From positions 1,844-65,843 of the forward strand of contig DATEZQ010000003.1 of assembly GCA_035583355.1 (NCBI GenBank): 64,000 nt of DNA. Reading direction: 5' to 3'. The translations under genes and the position numbers were made by a program. This document shows positions 45,047 through 53,522 of the stretch, piece after piece. The notes beneath the pieces were generated by a model. That model had not been told where the DNA came from, did not search any database, and saw nothing but the letters and a program-made list of their open reading frames with translations. The stretch is from Minisyncoccota bacterium. GTDB taxonomy: Bacteria > Patescibacteriota > Minisyncoccia > Phycocordibacterales > UBA6899. Positions within the stretch are counted from its first letter, which is position 1; the number at the start of each line of letters is the position of its first letter.

Positions 45047-45270
45047 TGCCCGCCTTGAGGGACTTGAAAGGCGGAGGCTGCGAAGCCAGCCGCTAAGGCT
45101 TCCCAGCCGAAGCGGCTGTAGCCGAGCCGTGGCGACGACCACTTAGTCTTACGGCGTCTCAAAGAGCGCCCGTAAGGCTTTGTGAGTCGTGCCAAGTCCC
45201 AGACTCCGATTCAGTTCGCTCTTGCGCTCAATCAAACAAAAACCCAGAGGGTTTTGTTTGCTTGTGTATT
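45047..45270 (+). repeat. tRNA-associated structured element, Family 1, downstream of tRNA-Val (copy E5) plus one unit of the terminator-like extension module
   Basis: Inverted copy tgcccgccttgagggacttgaa (45047-45068); core aggcggaggctgcgaagccagccgctaaggcttcccagccgaagcggctgtagccgagcc; ttgtgagtcgtgccaagtccc (the GTGAC motif plus terminal direct copy, 45182-45202); then gcgctcaatcaaacaaaaacccagagggttttgtttgc. Confidence 0.6.
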
Positions 45271-45376
45271 TAATATATCCTATTCCGCACGCGCAGCGTT
45301 CCATGAGTCAAAAACCCAAAGGGTTTTTCGACTCCCACTGCATCGCAATTGCATCTAACAAAAAATAACCGTCAGG

Positions 45377-45766
45377 TTATTTTTTCGTTGTCGTCGCAGT
45401 CGTTGTCGCCAAAGGCGTCGTAGTCGCAACTTGAATTGTTGTCGGAGTCTTAATATTCCCACTTATTGGCACCACTTCTGGTGCAGTTGCAAGCACTCTC
45501 TCATAATGCTCACTGCGCTGCGCAACATCTTCCTCCACCCTCGCTAACTCTTCTTCGGTAATAGGAATTGACACTGGTTTTACCTTATTAATCACTGCAT
45601 TCTCGGTGATGCCCCAACTATAGATATACCACCCTCCACCCATAAGCATTGCGAAAATGATGATTGCGGTCACCATCATGATCTTCCATATTGCCTCGAC
45701 ACCAACATGCTCACGTGTTGCCAAGTGCATCCTGCGGAGCACGGAGCTAAGTATTTTTTTATCCAT
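45377..45766 (-). CDS. Hypothetical membrane-anchored protein, last gene of the pilMNO cluster
   Basis: TM segment IMMVTAIIIFAMLMGGGWYIY, Thr-rich C-terminus; co-oriented, closely spaced with pilO. Confidence 0.45.
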   Translation of the reverse strand: MDKKILSSVLRRMHLATREHVGVEAIWKIMMVTAIIIFAMLMGGGWYIYSWGITENAVINKVKPVSIPITEEELARVEEDVAQRSEHYERVLATAPEVVPISGNIKTPTTIQVATTTPLATTTATTTKK

Positions 45767-45774
45767 GGCGATAA

Positions 45775-46314
45775 TTATGGCTTATGTGTATGCAAGAGAG
45801 TAAAGCGCACATTTGCACGATAGTTCACCCTTGAGACTCCCCCCGACTGAGATGGTGAATCTTCACTTATTGTAATATCACTGATGAATAGCTTAAATGG
45901 ATATACTTCGAGCGCTGCAATCGCATGGTAGACATTTTTCCACTCACCAATAAAGCTCAGTGAACCTGCAATCGATGATGAATCAGCGGCAACCTCAAGA
46001 TCACGCACTTCCGCTTTCACTCCAGTAACTCGTCCAATACGCTCAAGATCAGAAATAAGCTGAATCTGATTTTCATCAGTGACTGTAAATGAGAACTCTT
46101 GCAAGCTCGCGTCCACTGCAACCGCACGATCAAGCGTCTTTCTCAGCGAAAGAACTTGCTTACTCTTCCTGATCCACGATTGGAATTCCCCACGTGCGGT
46201 ATCACTTTCTCCCTTGAGTGTCGTAATCGCATCGATTCCGTACCAAACGATTCCCCCAAGGATCACTGCAAGCAGTGCTGCAACGATCAACGTAATATAT
46301 GTTCGTTTTTGCAT
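45775..46314 (-). CDS. pilO: Type IV pilus assembly protein PilO-like
   Basis: Single N-terminal TM, coiled-coil, then periplasmic domain; gene order pilM-pilN-pilO. Confidence 0.55.
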   Translation of the reverse strand: MQKRTYITLIVAALLAVILGGIVWYGIDAITTLKGESDTARGEFQSWIRKSKQVLSLRKTLDRAVAVDASLQEFSFTVTDENQIQLISDLERIGRVTGVKAEVRDLEVAADSSSIAGSLSFIGEWKNVYHAIAALEVYPFKLFISDITISEDSPSQSGGVSRVNYRANVRFTLLHTHKP

Positions 46315-46315
46315 A

Positions 46316-46846
46316 CTACTTGAGTGTTACGGTGAGATTATAAGCAATATCCACCTTTCTTGTGATGAAGCTTTCCGCGTAATGCGCCTCTTCTACAAAA
46401 GGAAGTTCACGTATGATTTTCTGATACTCAAGGAGTGCTTCTCGAGTCGCCCCAACACCAGAGAGCTGTAGTCCGCCCGCCTCCCCCTTTCGCGAGAACG
46501 AGATATTTTTCGTACTCACTCCCACTGGACGTGCCTTCAGGATTTCCCCGATAAGCATTGAAGGAACGTAGCGCGAGATACCAATATCTGAAAGGAAGTT
46601 GTGAATATTCGCCGCATGATTCTTCAGTTCATCCTCAACACTACCCTTCCCTGAGACCGTTTGCTGCAACTGTGCAACACCACTCGTTAGTGATGCATGC
46701 TGCACACGCACAATTGCATAAGTTGGCACAAGGAGCACTATTGCAAGAAGCTCAAGTGTCGCAACAAGAAAACACCCTGCGATAAAAAGTCGCATTGATT
46801 GCTCCCTTTGGAGCGATGCCTTTTCTTGTGTGGGGAGTAAATTCAT
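46316..46846 (-). CDS. pilN: Type IV pilus assembly protein PilN-like
   Basis: N-terminal MNLLP motif then TM helix LFIAGCFLVATLELLAIVLLV, typical of PilN. Confidence 0.6.
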   Translation of the reverse strand: MNLLPTQEKASLQREQSMRLFIAGCFLVATLELLAIVLLVPTYAIVRVQHASLTSGVAQLQQTVSGKGSVEDELKNHAANIHNFLSDIGISRYVPSMLIGEILKARPVGVSTKNISFSRKGEAGGLQLSGVGATREALLEYQKIIRELPFVEEAHYAESFITRKVDIAYNLTVTLK

Positions 46847-46861
46847 ATTTGATATATATCT

Positions 46862-47914
46862 CTAGAGAGGCTCATTACGCAATGCGAGGCCAATTGCTGC
46901 AGTATATCCATGCGCTGCATGCATCGGGATATCTGGTATATAGTCAGTGAAATCACAAACATTAATCCATGGATTTGCAATAATCATCGGCACACGCACA
47001 CCTTGTCCGAGATACTCCGTCATGCCCTTCAAATTTGCGCCACCGCCAGTAAGTGCAACGCGTTCAATTGCTGCAACGGTTGCATTACGTGACTGCCAGA
47101 ATGCAAAGTGTCGTAATATGCGCGAACGCAGATCCTCGAGTACAGGAAGCATTGCATCGCGGAGTGCACCACCCTCAGCAGCACCCACAAGTCCATGTCG
47201 TGCTTTGAGTGCCTCAGCCTCAGCAAAAGGTAATCCCAATTTACGCACAATAGCATTCGTCAGTGTATCACCACCAATATCGAGAATTGCTGAGAAGTAT
47301 ACAATCCCATCTCGCACAATAAATACATTCGTAATATCTTTACCTATATCAATACCCATGTATGCACCTCGATCCTTTTTCGTAAACAAAGCGCGCGCCA
47401 TTGCGTGTGACTGAAATTCAAAACTCTTTGGAGTGATTCCCGTATCTCTGAATATTTCAAGATATTGGTCAACAATCTTTCGAGGCAGCACGCTTGCGAT
47501 TACTGACGTTGTATCGTCATTGTCAGAATCAGTGATGACATAGTCGTAAATCGCTTCATTTGGGGGCACGGGTACATATTCTTCAAGATGCACCTCAACC
47601 GCGGTACTTACATCACGCAGGGGCACGCGAGGAAATTCCATATGAGCAAGAAATGCCTGCTCCTCAGGAAGGGCAATATTGGCCATATTCAAATGATGCT
47701 CATGTGCAAGCTCTCCAATGACTTTTGAGAGTGCCAGTGGGTCGTGAATCGTTCCGCCCTGTACTATTCCTCCGAGCAGCGCAGCTTCCCCAAAACGTGC
47801 AACCTTAAAATGGCCACGATATGGCTCAAGCTCAACGAAACGTACACTGTCGGAAGATATGTCGAGTCCGACGGCAGGCATCGTCAAAAACTTTGGTGCG
47901 GAAAGAATGGACAT
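46862..47914 (-). CDS. pilM: Type IV pilus assembly protein PilM (actin-like ATPase fold)
   Basis: VGLDISSDSVRFVEL N-terminal, GIDIGKDITNVFIV, VALTGGGANLKGM; about 350 aa. Confidence 0.8.
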   Translation of the reverse strand: MSILSAPKFLTMPAVGLDISSDSVRFVELEPYRGHFKVARFGEAALLGGIVQGGTIHDPLALSKVIGELAHEHHLNMANIALPEEQAFLAHMEFPRVPLRDVSTAVEVHLEEYVPVPPNEAIYDYVITDSDNDDTTSVIASVLPRKIVDQYLEIFRDTGITPKSFEFQSHAMARALFTKKDRGAYMGIDIGKDITNVFIVRDGIVYFSAILDIGGDTLTNAIVRKLGLPFAEAEALKARHGLVGAAEGGALRDAMLPVLEDLRSRILRHFAFWQSRNATVAAIERVALTGGGANLKGMTEYLGQGVRVPMIIANPWINVCDFTDYIPDIPMHAAHGYTAAIGLALRNEPL

Positions 47915-48034
47915 TTGTTCATATTATAACACATGAGACAAAGGGAATACGGGGATGAGGAAATGAGTAAATGCACAACAAACATATAGCTCAAACAATA
48001 TTTCGTGTCGCTCCATTCATGCTATACTCTTTGC

Positions 48035-48442
48035 ATGGAAAATGAAAATCCCTCAACAAGCACAGAACAAGGAACTGCTCCTCAAGTAGCACTTGAAGTC
48101 GCCCCCGCTCCTGTCTATGCAACGATCGATGACTTCGCGAAGATCGAAATCAAGATCGGCACGATCCTTACTGCAGAATTCATCGAAGGCGCAGACAAAC
48201 TCCTTCGTCTTACCATTGATTTCGGTGAAGCAGAACCCCGCCAAATCCTCTCAGGGATTCGCAAATACTACACACCCGAAGAACTTGTCGGCAAACAATG
48301 TCCTTTTGTCGTGAATCTCGCACCACGCACAATGAAAGGTCTCACCAGTTATGGAATGATTCTTGCAGCACGCACAGGAGATGATAAACTCGCACTCCTT
48401 CACCCAAACATCCCTACTGATGTCGGCGCGCACGTCGGATAA
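48035..48442 (+). CDS. tRNA-binding protein (Trbp111/CsaA-like EMAP/OB-fold domain)
   Basis: IEIKIGTILTAEFIEGADKLLRLTIDFGEAEPRQILSGIRKYYTPEELVGKQCPFVVNLAPRTMKGLTSYGMIL; start called at the internal Met MENEN. Confidence 0.8.
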   Translation: MENENPSTSTEQGTAPQVALEVAPAPVYATIDDFAKIEIKIGTILTAEFIEGADKLLRLTIDFGEAEPRQILSGIRKYYTPEELVGKQCPFVVNLAPRTMKGLTSYGMILAARTGDDKLALLHPNIPTDVGAHVG

Positions 48443-48446
48443 ATTA

Positions 48447-48468
48447 AAAAGACCTCAATGGTCTTTTT
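48447..48468. terminator. Bidirectional terminator between convergent tRNA-binding protein gene and murB
   Basis: aaaaagacc-tcaat-ggtcttttt. Confidence 0.65.
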
Positions 48469-48469
48469 A

Positions 48470-49477
48470 TTATGGAATGAAATTTGGCTCAGGCAAAAGT
48501 GTAACGCTGAACATATTATAAACTGCTCCACTTATAGCAGAAATTGCATCAGCTACTTCTGCTGCCGATGCTTTTCCATTTGTTTCAAGCACGAGCGCAT
48601 GCTTTGATGAGACAGAAACATTACCCCACGTTTTTCCTTTCAAACCCGCTTGCTCAATGAGCCATGCAGCGGAAAGCTTCATTCCATCTCCAGATTGAAA
48701 CTGTGGCATTTCCTTATACTGCTCATGCAACTTCTCTGCTATTATTTTCTCAATTACAGGATTCTTAAAGAAGGAACCGCAATTGGGATGTGCGATATAA
48801 TCAGGGAGCTTCTGTTTGCGGATAGCACGAATTTGATCGCCTACCTCTTTTGGAGTTATCGCGCTTTCGCTCTTCTCGACTACCTCCTTAGGGAGTGCAC
48901 GCCTTCTCTTCTGGTGTAACCAAAAACGTACCCGGAGAATAATGTACCGATCACGTTCAACGCCATTAAAAATACTTGAACGGTAACCAAAACCACAGAG
49001 GCGTGCGGGGATTCCTCTTATCTCTTTATTCTTACGGTCATACACCTCAACAGCTTCAATACTGTCCGCTGCCTCCGTGCCATACGCCCCAATATTCTGT
49101 ATTGGTGCCGCTCCCGCAGTACCAGGAATTCCTGCGAGCGCTTCAATGCCCCAAACACCCTCCGCTGCGGCGCGGTCAACAACTGCGTCCCAATCCTCGC
49201 CCGCACCCACCGTAAGCACCTTTCCTTCAATAACTGATGGCTGCACAGAAATACCTTTTATTCCAACACGAAGCAGTACGAGATCATCATGCTTTCCATC
49301 ACCAAAATAAGTGTTCATGCCAGCTCCGATAACATAAACCCGAGATCCCATTTTTGCTATTTCATCCAGAGCCTTCACCACATCTTCGTCAGAGGAAACA
49401 GCATAGAGCCCTCGAGCAGTGCCACCCACGCGCAATGCGGAATATTCGTTGAGTGCAATATCTGGGATAAACTCCAT
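48470..49477 (-). CDS. murB: UDP-N-acetylenolpyruvoylglucosamine reductase
   Basis: FAD-binding VGGTARGLYAVSSDEDV, GIPGTAGAAPIQNIGAYGTE, GSFFKNP. Confidence 0.9.
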   Translation of the reverse strand: MEFIPDIALNEYSALRVGGTARGLYAVSSDEDVVKALDEIAKMGSRVYVIGAGMNTYFGDGKHDDLVLLRVGIKGISVQPSVIEGKVLTVGAGEDWDAVVDRAAAEGVWGIEALAGIPGTAGAAPIQNIGAYGTEAADSIEAVEVYDRKNKEIRGIPARLCGFGYRSSIFNGVERDRYIILRVRFWLHQKRRRALPKEVVEKSESAITPKEVGDQIRAIRKQKLPDYIAHPNCGSFFKNPVIEKIIAEKLHEQYKEMPQFQSGDGMKLSAAWLIEQAGLKGKTWGNVSVSSKHALVLETNGKASAAEVADAISAISGAVYNMFSVTLLPEPNFIP

Positions 49478-49511
49478 AGGGACAGTATATCATATATGAT
49501 ATACTCATAGA

Positions 49512-51017
49512 ATGAATGAACAGGAAAAAATAGGTATTTTCATCCGAAGTATTCGCGAAGCCCGAGGGATGACACAGGCTGATTTCGCAAAGGCACTGAA
49601 GACTAGCCAAAGTGCTGTCGCACGTATGGAAAAAGGCGGACAGAATTTTACCACAAGCGCGCTTGAGAATATCAGCAATATTCTTGGACGAAAGATTATT
49701 GAAGTGACCGAATCACTCGACTTCCGCATCGAGGGCGGACACAAGCTCCATGGAAGCGTTGCAACGAATGCATCGAAAAACGGAGCGATGGGACTACTCT
49801 CTGCAGCGCTTCTGAATCGTGCACCAACGATACTCCACGGTATCCCGCGCATAGAAGAAGCGAATCGCTACATCGAATTCCTCACAAGCTTAGGCATTAA
49901 GATTGAGTGGATCGGACCAAACAGTATTCGTTTCACTCCTCCAAAGAAACTTGCACTTGAAAAAATGGACAAGGAGGCGGCAAGCCGCATCCGTTCCTCG
50001 ATTATGCTCATCGGCTCGCTTATACATTTAGAGCCAAGCTTCGCCCTCCCCCACGCTGGTGGATGCAAAATGGGCAATCGCACCATCGCCGCACATCGCC
50101 ACGGACTCGAAGAACTCGGAGCAAAGATAGTCACCAAGGATACCCATTACGCCATCACCGCAAAGAAGCTCCACCCTGCGGACATCGTGCTTTACGAGGC
50201 AAGTGATACCGCTGCAGAAAATCTCCTTATTGCCGCAGCACGTATTCCAGGCAAGACCACTATCTCATTTGCAACAAGCAACTACATGGTCCAAGAAGTT
50301 TGCTTCTTTCTCGAGAAGCTCGGGGTAAAGATCGAAGGTATCGGGACCAGCACCCTCACGGTGCATGGAGTGAAAGAAATTAATACTCCAATCGAATACC
50401 ACAACAGCGAAGACCCTATTGAGTCGATGATGTTCCTCACCGCGGCTATCGTCACGAATTCGAAACTCACCGTCACGCGTTGCCCTATCGACTTTCTTGC
50501 GCTTGAAATGCAAAAGCTCAAAGCGATGGGACTCAAATACAGCACTTCAAAAGTCTATCTCGCACACAACGGACACACGAAACTTGTTGATATCACCGTG
50601 CATCCAAGCAAACTCGTAACTGCGGGAGACAAAATTCATGCACAGCCCTACCCTGGTATCAACACTGATAACCTCCCCTTCTTCGTTCCCATTGCAACAC
50701 AGGCGCTTGGTACGACACTTATCCATGATTGGATGTGGGAGAACCGTGCGATCTACTTCACCGAGCTCAACCGCCTCGGCGCGAACATCACTCTCGCTGA
50801 CCCTCATCGTGCATTTGTGACAGGTCCGACCAAGCTCAAAGCAGCACAGATTGTCTGCCCTCCCGCATTGCGCCCTGCGATGATTATTCTCATCGCAATG
50901 CTCGCCGCAGAGGGTACTTCAATCCTCCGCAATGTTTACTCCATCAATCGTGGATACGAGGAGATTGCAAAGCGACTCAATACTATCGGGGCAAAAATTG
51001 AGGTCATCCATAATTAA
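49512..51017 (+). CDS. murA: UDP-N-acetylglucosamine 1-carboxyvinyltransferase with N-terminal XRE-family HTH domain fusion
   Basis: N-terminal ~70 aa IGIFIRSIREARGMTQADFAKALKTSQSAVARMEKG (Cro/C1-type HTH), then canonical MurA with active-site Cys in HAGGCKMGNRTI and a full EPSP-synthase-fold double domain; 501 aa vs about 420 aa typical. Confidence 0.9.
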   Translation: MNEQEKIGIFIRSIREARGMTQADFAKALKTSQSAVARMEKGGQNFTTSALENISNILGRKIIEVTESLDFRIEGGHKLHGSVATNASKNGAMGLLSAALLNRAPTILHGIPRIEEANRYIEFLTSLGIKIEWIGPNSIRFTPPKKLALEKMDKEAASRIRSSIMLIGSLIHLEPSFALPHAGGCKMGNRTIAAHRHGLEELGAKIVTKDTHYAITAKKLHPADIVLYEASDTAAENLLIAAARIPGKTTISFATSNYMVQEVCFFLEKLGVKIEGIGTSTLTVHGVKEINTPIEYHNSEDPIESMMFLTAAIVTNSKLTVTRCPIDFLALEMQKLKAMGLKYSTSKVYLAHNGHTKLVDITVHPSKLVTAGDKIHAQPYPGINTDNLPFFVPIATQALGTTLIHDWMWENRAIYFTELNRLGANITLADPHRAFVTGPTKLKAAQIVCPPALRPAMIILIAMLAAEGTSILRNVYSINRGYEEIAKRLNTIGAKIEVIHN

Positions 51018-51019
51018 AA

Positions 51020-51045
51020 AACACCGCTTGGTGTTTTTTAATCCC
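51020..51045. terminator. Bidirectional terminator between murA and the exonuclease gene
   Basis: aaaaaacacc-gctt-ggtgtttttt. Confidence 0.6.
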
Positions 51046-51784
51046 ACAATTTCGCTGCTTGGTGTGGAACACCAAGATACTCCTCGAGTGAATAGACCAT
51101 ATCTTCATCACCGTCAGGATTCTGCTGCTTTTGCTTGAGGAGCCATTCGAGATAACCACGATCTTCCTTCAAGATATCTGCGAGTTTCTTGCCTGCATAC
51201 TTCCCGAAACGAATAGTGCGAACAAGTGATGGCTTCAAAGAAATCGCAATCATCTCCTTAATAGCATCCTCCTCAGAACCCTTCTCCTTCACCATCTTTG
51301 CAAGCAATCGCTCAAAGAGTTGTTCAAGTACAACGACGTCACCCCAGGCATCATGTGCATTGATACCCTCGACCTCGATGCCGAGAAAATAGCGGAGATA
51401 CTGCAAGCGATAACTTGGAATCTTGTCTTCAGGATCAAGCGCACGCGCAACCTTCATCGTACAAATAAACTTAGGCACTGCAATATCCTCTTTCTTCAAA
51501 ATCGCAATATCAAATGCCGCATTATGCGCAACTGATATCGTATCGCTCGCCTCAAAGAGAGCCTTGGTCTTTATATACTCAGGCGCATCCTTGAAGAGTG
51601 GCCTGTCACCAATGATCTTCGGGGTAATATGATGCACTGCCATCGACTCAAAAGAAATTGGTGTTGGTGGTGCATACATTGCATTCAAGACCGGCTGCTC
51701 AACACCACGCTCCTTGATGCCAAGCTGGATCAAACGTCCTTTTGTAACATCATCAGTAGTTTCTGTATCAAAGAAAATAATCAT
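51038..51784 (-). CDS. DEDDh 3'-5' exonuclease (DnaQ/epsilon-like domain protein)
   Basis: Exo I FFDTETT, Exo II HNAAFD, Exo III HDAWGD; C-terminal extension of unknown function. Confidence 0.8.
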   Translation of the reverse strand: MIIFFDTETTDDVTKGRLIQLGIKERGVEQPVLNAMYAPPTPISFESMAVHHITPKIIGDRPLFKDAPEYIKTKALFEASDTISVAHNAAFDIAILKKEDIAVPKFICTMKVARALDPEDKIPSYRLQYLRYFLGIEVEGINAHDAWGDVVVLEQLFERLLAKMVKEKGSEEDAIKEMIAISLKPSLVRTIRFGKYAGKKLADILKEDRGYLEWLLKQKQQNPDGDEDMVYSLEEYLGVPHQAAKLWD

Positions 51785-51795
51785 GTATTTTGAAA

Positions 51796-52230
51796 TTAAT
51801 AGTCAATGTCCTCATCTGGATCACCATTGCCATCTGACCCGCTGTAACTCGGGTTCACTCCATCAAGGTAGCTCTGCAGAATCAGAGTTGCGGCCGAGGC
51901 ATCATTCATCGCATTATCTCCTTGAATATGTGCAGCTTGCACAGAAGTATAAGCTTCGAGACGATAGTAGAGCGGGGCTCCCGATTCCATGGCGAGTGCT
52001 TCGCAAAATGGTTTTGCCTTTTGCATAATAGGATTTTCTACTCCGTCACGGTTACGGGAATCCCCCGCTACGATAACTCCTACATTCTCCTTTTTCATCA
52101 GTGCAAGAATTTCATCCTTAGCGGTATTCGTATTCTGGACGATCGAGTGCGGAAACGCCATTCTCCCCGAGGAGTCAGACAGCGAAATTCCTATACGTTT
52201 TGAGCCAAAATCAATGCCGAGATATCTCAT
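51796..52230 (-). CDS. ruvX: Holliday junction resolvase-like protein RuvX/YqgF
   Basis: MRYLGIDFGSKRIGIS N-terminus, about 144 aa. Confidence 0.9.
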   Translation of the reverse strand: MRYLGIDFGSKRIGISLSDSSGRMAFPHSIVQNTNTAKDEILALMKKENVGVIVAGDSRNRDGVENPIMQKAKPFCEALAMESGAPLYYRLEAYTSVQAAHIQGDNAMNDASAATLILQSYLDGVNPSYSGSDGNGDPDEDIDY

Positions 52231-52396
52231 GGGATTATCATAGCACGCCCCATATTATCCGCCACGGTATTGCAAATTAGTAAATATTTGGTAGTATGCA
52301 CTAATCGCGGTAAGGAAACCGAGATGCAATTACAAGGCAGATGCCTAGCAATTGGAGTTTGGTTTGTGGAGGCAAAGCCTCCTCATATAACAATTT

Positions 52397-52484
52397 GGAG
52401 ATGTGGCTGAGCGGTTTAAGGCACCTGTCTTGAAAACAGACGCTCCTACGGGGGCCGTGAGTTCGAATCTCACCATCTCCGCCA
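52397..52484 (+). tRNA. tRNA-Ser (anticodon TGA), type II, CCA encoded
   Basis: GGAGATG acceptor, GCT/AGC 3 bp D-stem, anticodon loop CTTGAAA flanked by CCTGT/ACAGA stem (one mismatch), long variable arm, T-arm GTGAG-TTCGAAT-CTCAC, 3' CATCTCCGCCA. Confidence 0.85.
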
Positions 52485-52520
52485 AAACAAAAAGCGAACA
52501 CGAAAGTGTTCGTCTTTTTG
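52485..52520 (+). terminator. Terminator hairpin for tRNA-Ser
   Basis: aaagcgaacac-gaaa-gtgttcgcttttt. Confidence 0.65.
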
Positions 52521-52523
52521 TTA

Positions 52524-52711
52524 TTTGGCGGAGATGGTGAGATTCGAACGGATAGGGGTCGGGAAAGGAGGCCCTTTCCCGTCTAGGAGAGCAGGACTTC
52601 CTCTTCCCTGAAGAGGAAGTCCGTCGAGAACCGTGGGTTCTCGAAACCGAAGGCCGCGCGAGGCTCCTCCGGAGTGCGCGAGCCGTAGGTTGTTCAATTC
52701 TCCCATTTCCG
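52524..52711 (+). repeat. tRNA-associated structured element, Family 2, downstream of tRNA-Ser (copy E6)
   Basis: Exact inverted copy of the tRNA-Ser 3' end tggcggagatggtgagattcgaac (52524-52547); core ggtcgggaaaggaggccctttcccgtctaggagagcagg, perfect hairpin ggacttcctcttc-cctg-aagaggaagtcc, cgagaaccgtgggttctcg, gccgcgcgaggctcctccggagtgcgcgag; degenerate direct copy gttgttcaattctcccatttccgc (52688-52711). Confidence 0.65.
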
Positions 52712-52802
52712 CGCTCAAAACGCTTTGGGATTAACTAAAATTTATGAATTGAGTTTCCCGGAAACAGAAGATTTATCTGCTATTTTTTGTTAAGATATAA
52801 TC

Positions 52803-53522
52803 ATGGAAGAGAAAAGAACTCTTGATGAAATAATAGAAAATATTCCAATCATGAAGGAACTAGAATTAAATTCTAGAAATTGTGGGAAGAGTAGATATCC
52901 CAGAAGTGCCTATTCTCTAACAACATATTCTATAAAATTGCAATATCTCAATAATTCCATTAATTATTGTAAAGATATCGGAGATTACTATTCTCTTTGT
53001 GTACTTTTTAGGTCATTACTTGAACACTATTTCAGGCATCTATATATCTATACTAGGGCTTTAAAAGAAAATAGTGATGATGTTGGAATTGAATACTACG
53101 GAAAATTAAACGGTCACGAAGATTTATGCTCCTTAAGGAGTAATATCTCACTGAATACAAAACTGACTGGAATAAAATCTATTTTAAGTTTGGGTGGTGA
53201 ACAAAATAAAAGTTTAGATGATATAGCTCAAAACTTTAAAATTAATAATATTCTTTCTTATATAAACGAAAACATTGGGGAAAATAGTGAGCTACGGGAA
53301 ACATCAAAAGATTCCTTAAATAGATATTCTCGGCTGTACTCAACATTATCATCATTTGTTCATGGTGGCCCTTACGCTGAAAAGTACATGGGGTTGTATT
53401 CAAAAAATAATACTAGTAAAGATAAGGATATAGAATTTCTTTCTGATGAAACAAATTCATTAACAAACCAAGCAAGGGAAAATACATCTCTATTTATAGA
53501 GATAACAACAGAAAAAACTTAG
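52803..53522 (+). CDS. Hypothetical protein encoded in a strongly AT-rich islet downstream of tRNA-Ser
   Basis: 239 aa ORF rich in N/K/I/Y/S with no recognised motif; the flanking sequence 52730-53650 is visibly the most AT-rich stretch of the window. Confidence 0.45.
   Translation: MEEKRTLDEIIENIPIMKELELNSRNCGKSRYPRSAYSLTTYSIKLQYLNNSINYCKDIGDYYSLCVLFRSLLEHYFRHLYIYTRALKENSDDVGIEYYGKLNGHEDLCSLRSNISLNTKLTGIKSILSLGGEQNKSLDDIAQNFKINNILSYINENIGENSELRETSKDSLNRYSRLYSTLSSFVHGGPYAEKYMGLYSKNNTSKDKDIEFLSDETNSLTNQARENTSLFIEITTEKT

Noticed and set aside
52524-52720. tmRNA (SsrA) hypothesis for the minus-strand reading of the Family-2 elements, which show tRNA-like 3' ends and a 5' end complementary to them
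   Set aside because: There are three homologous copies, not one. Each copies the T-loop and acceptor of a different adjacent tRNA (Ser, Arg, Arg) rather than the alanine-tRNA-like domain of tmRNA. No tag-peptide reading frame or resume-codon context is evident, and no 5' T-stem half is present, so no true T-arm can form. A repeat family is the better explanation.
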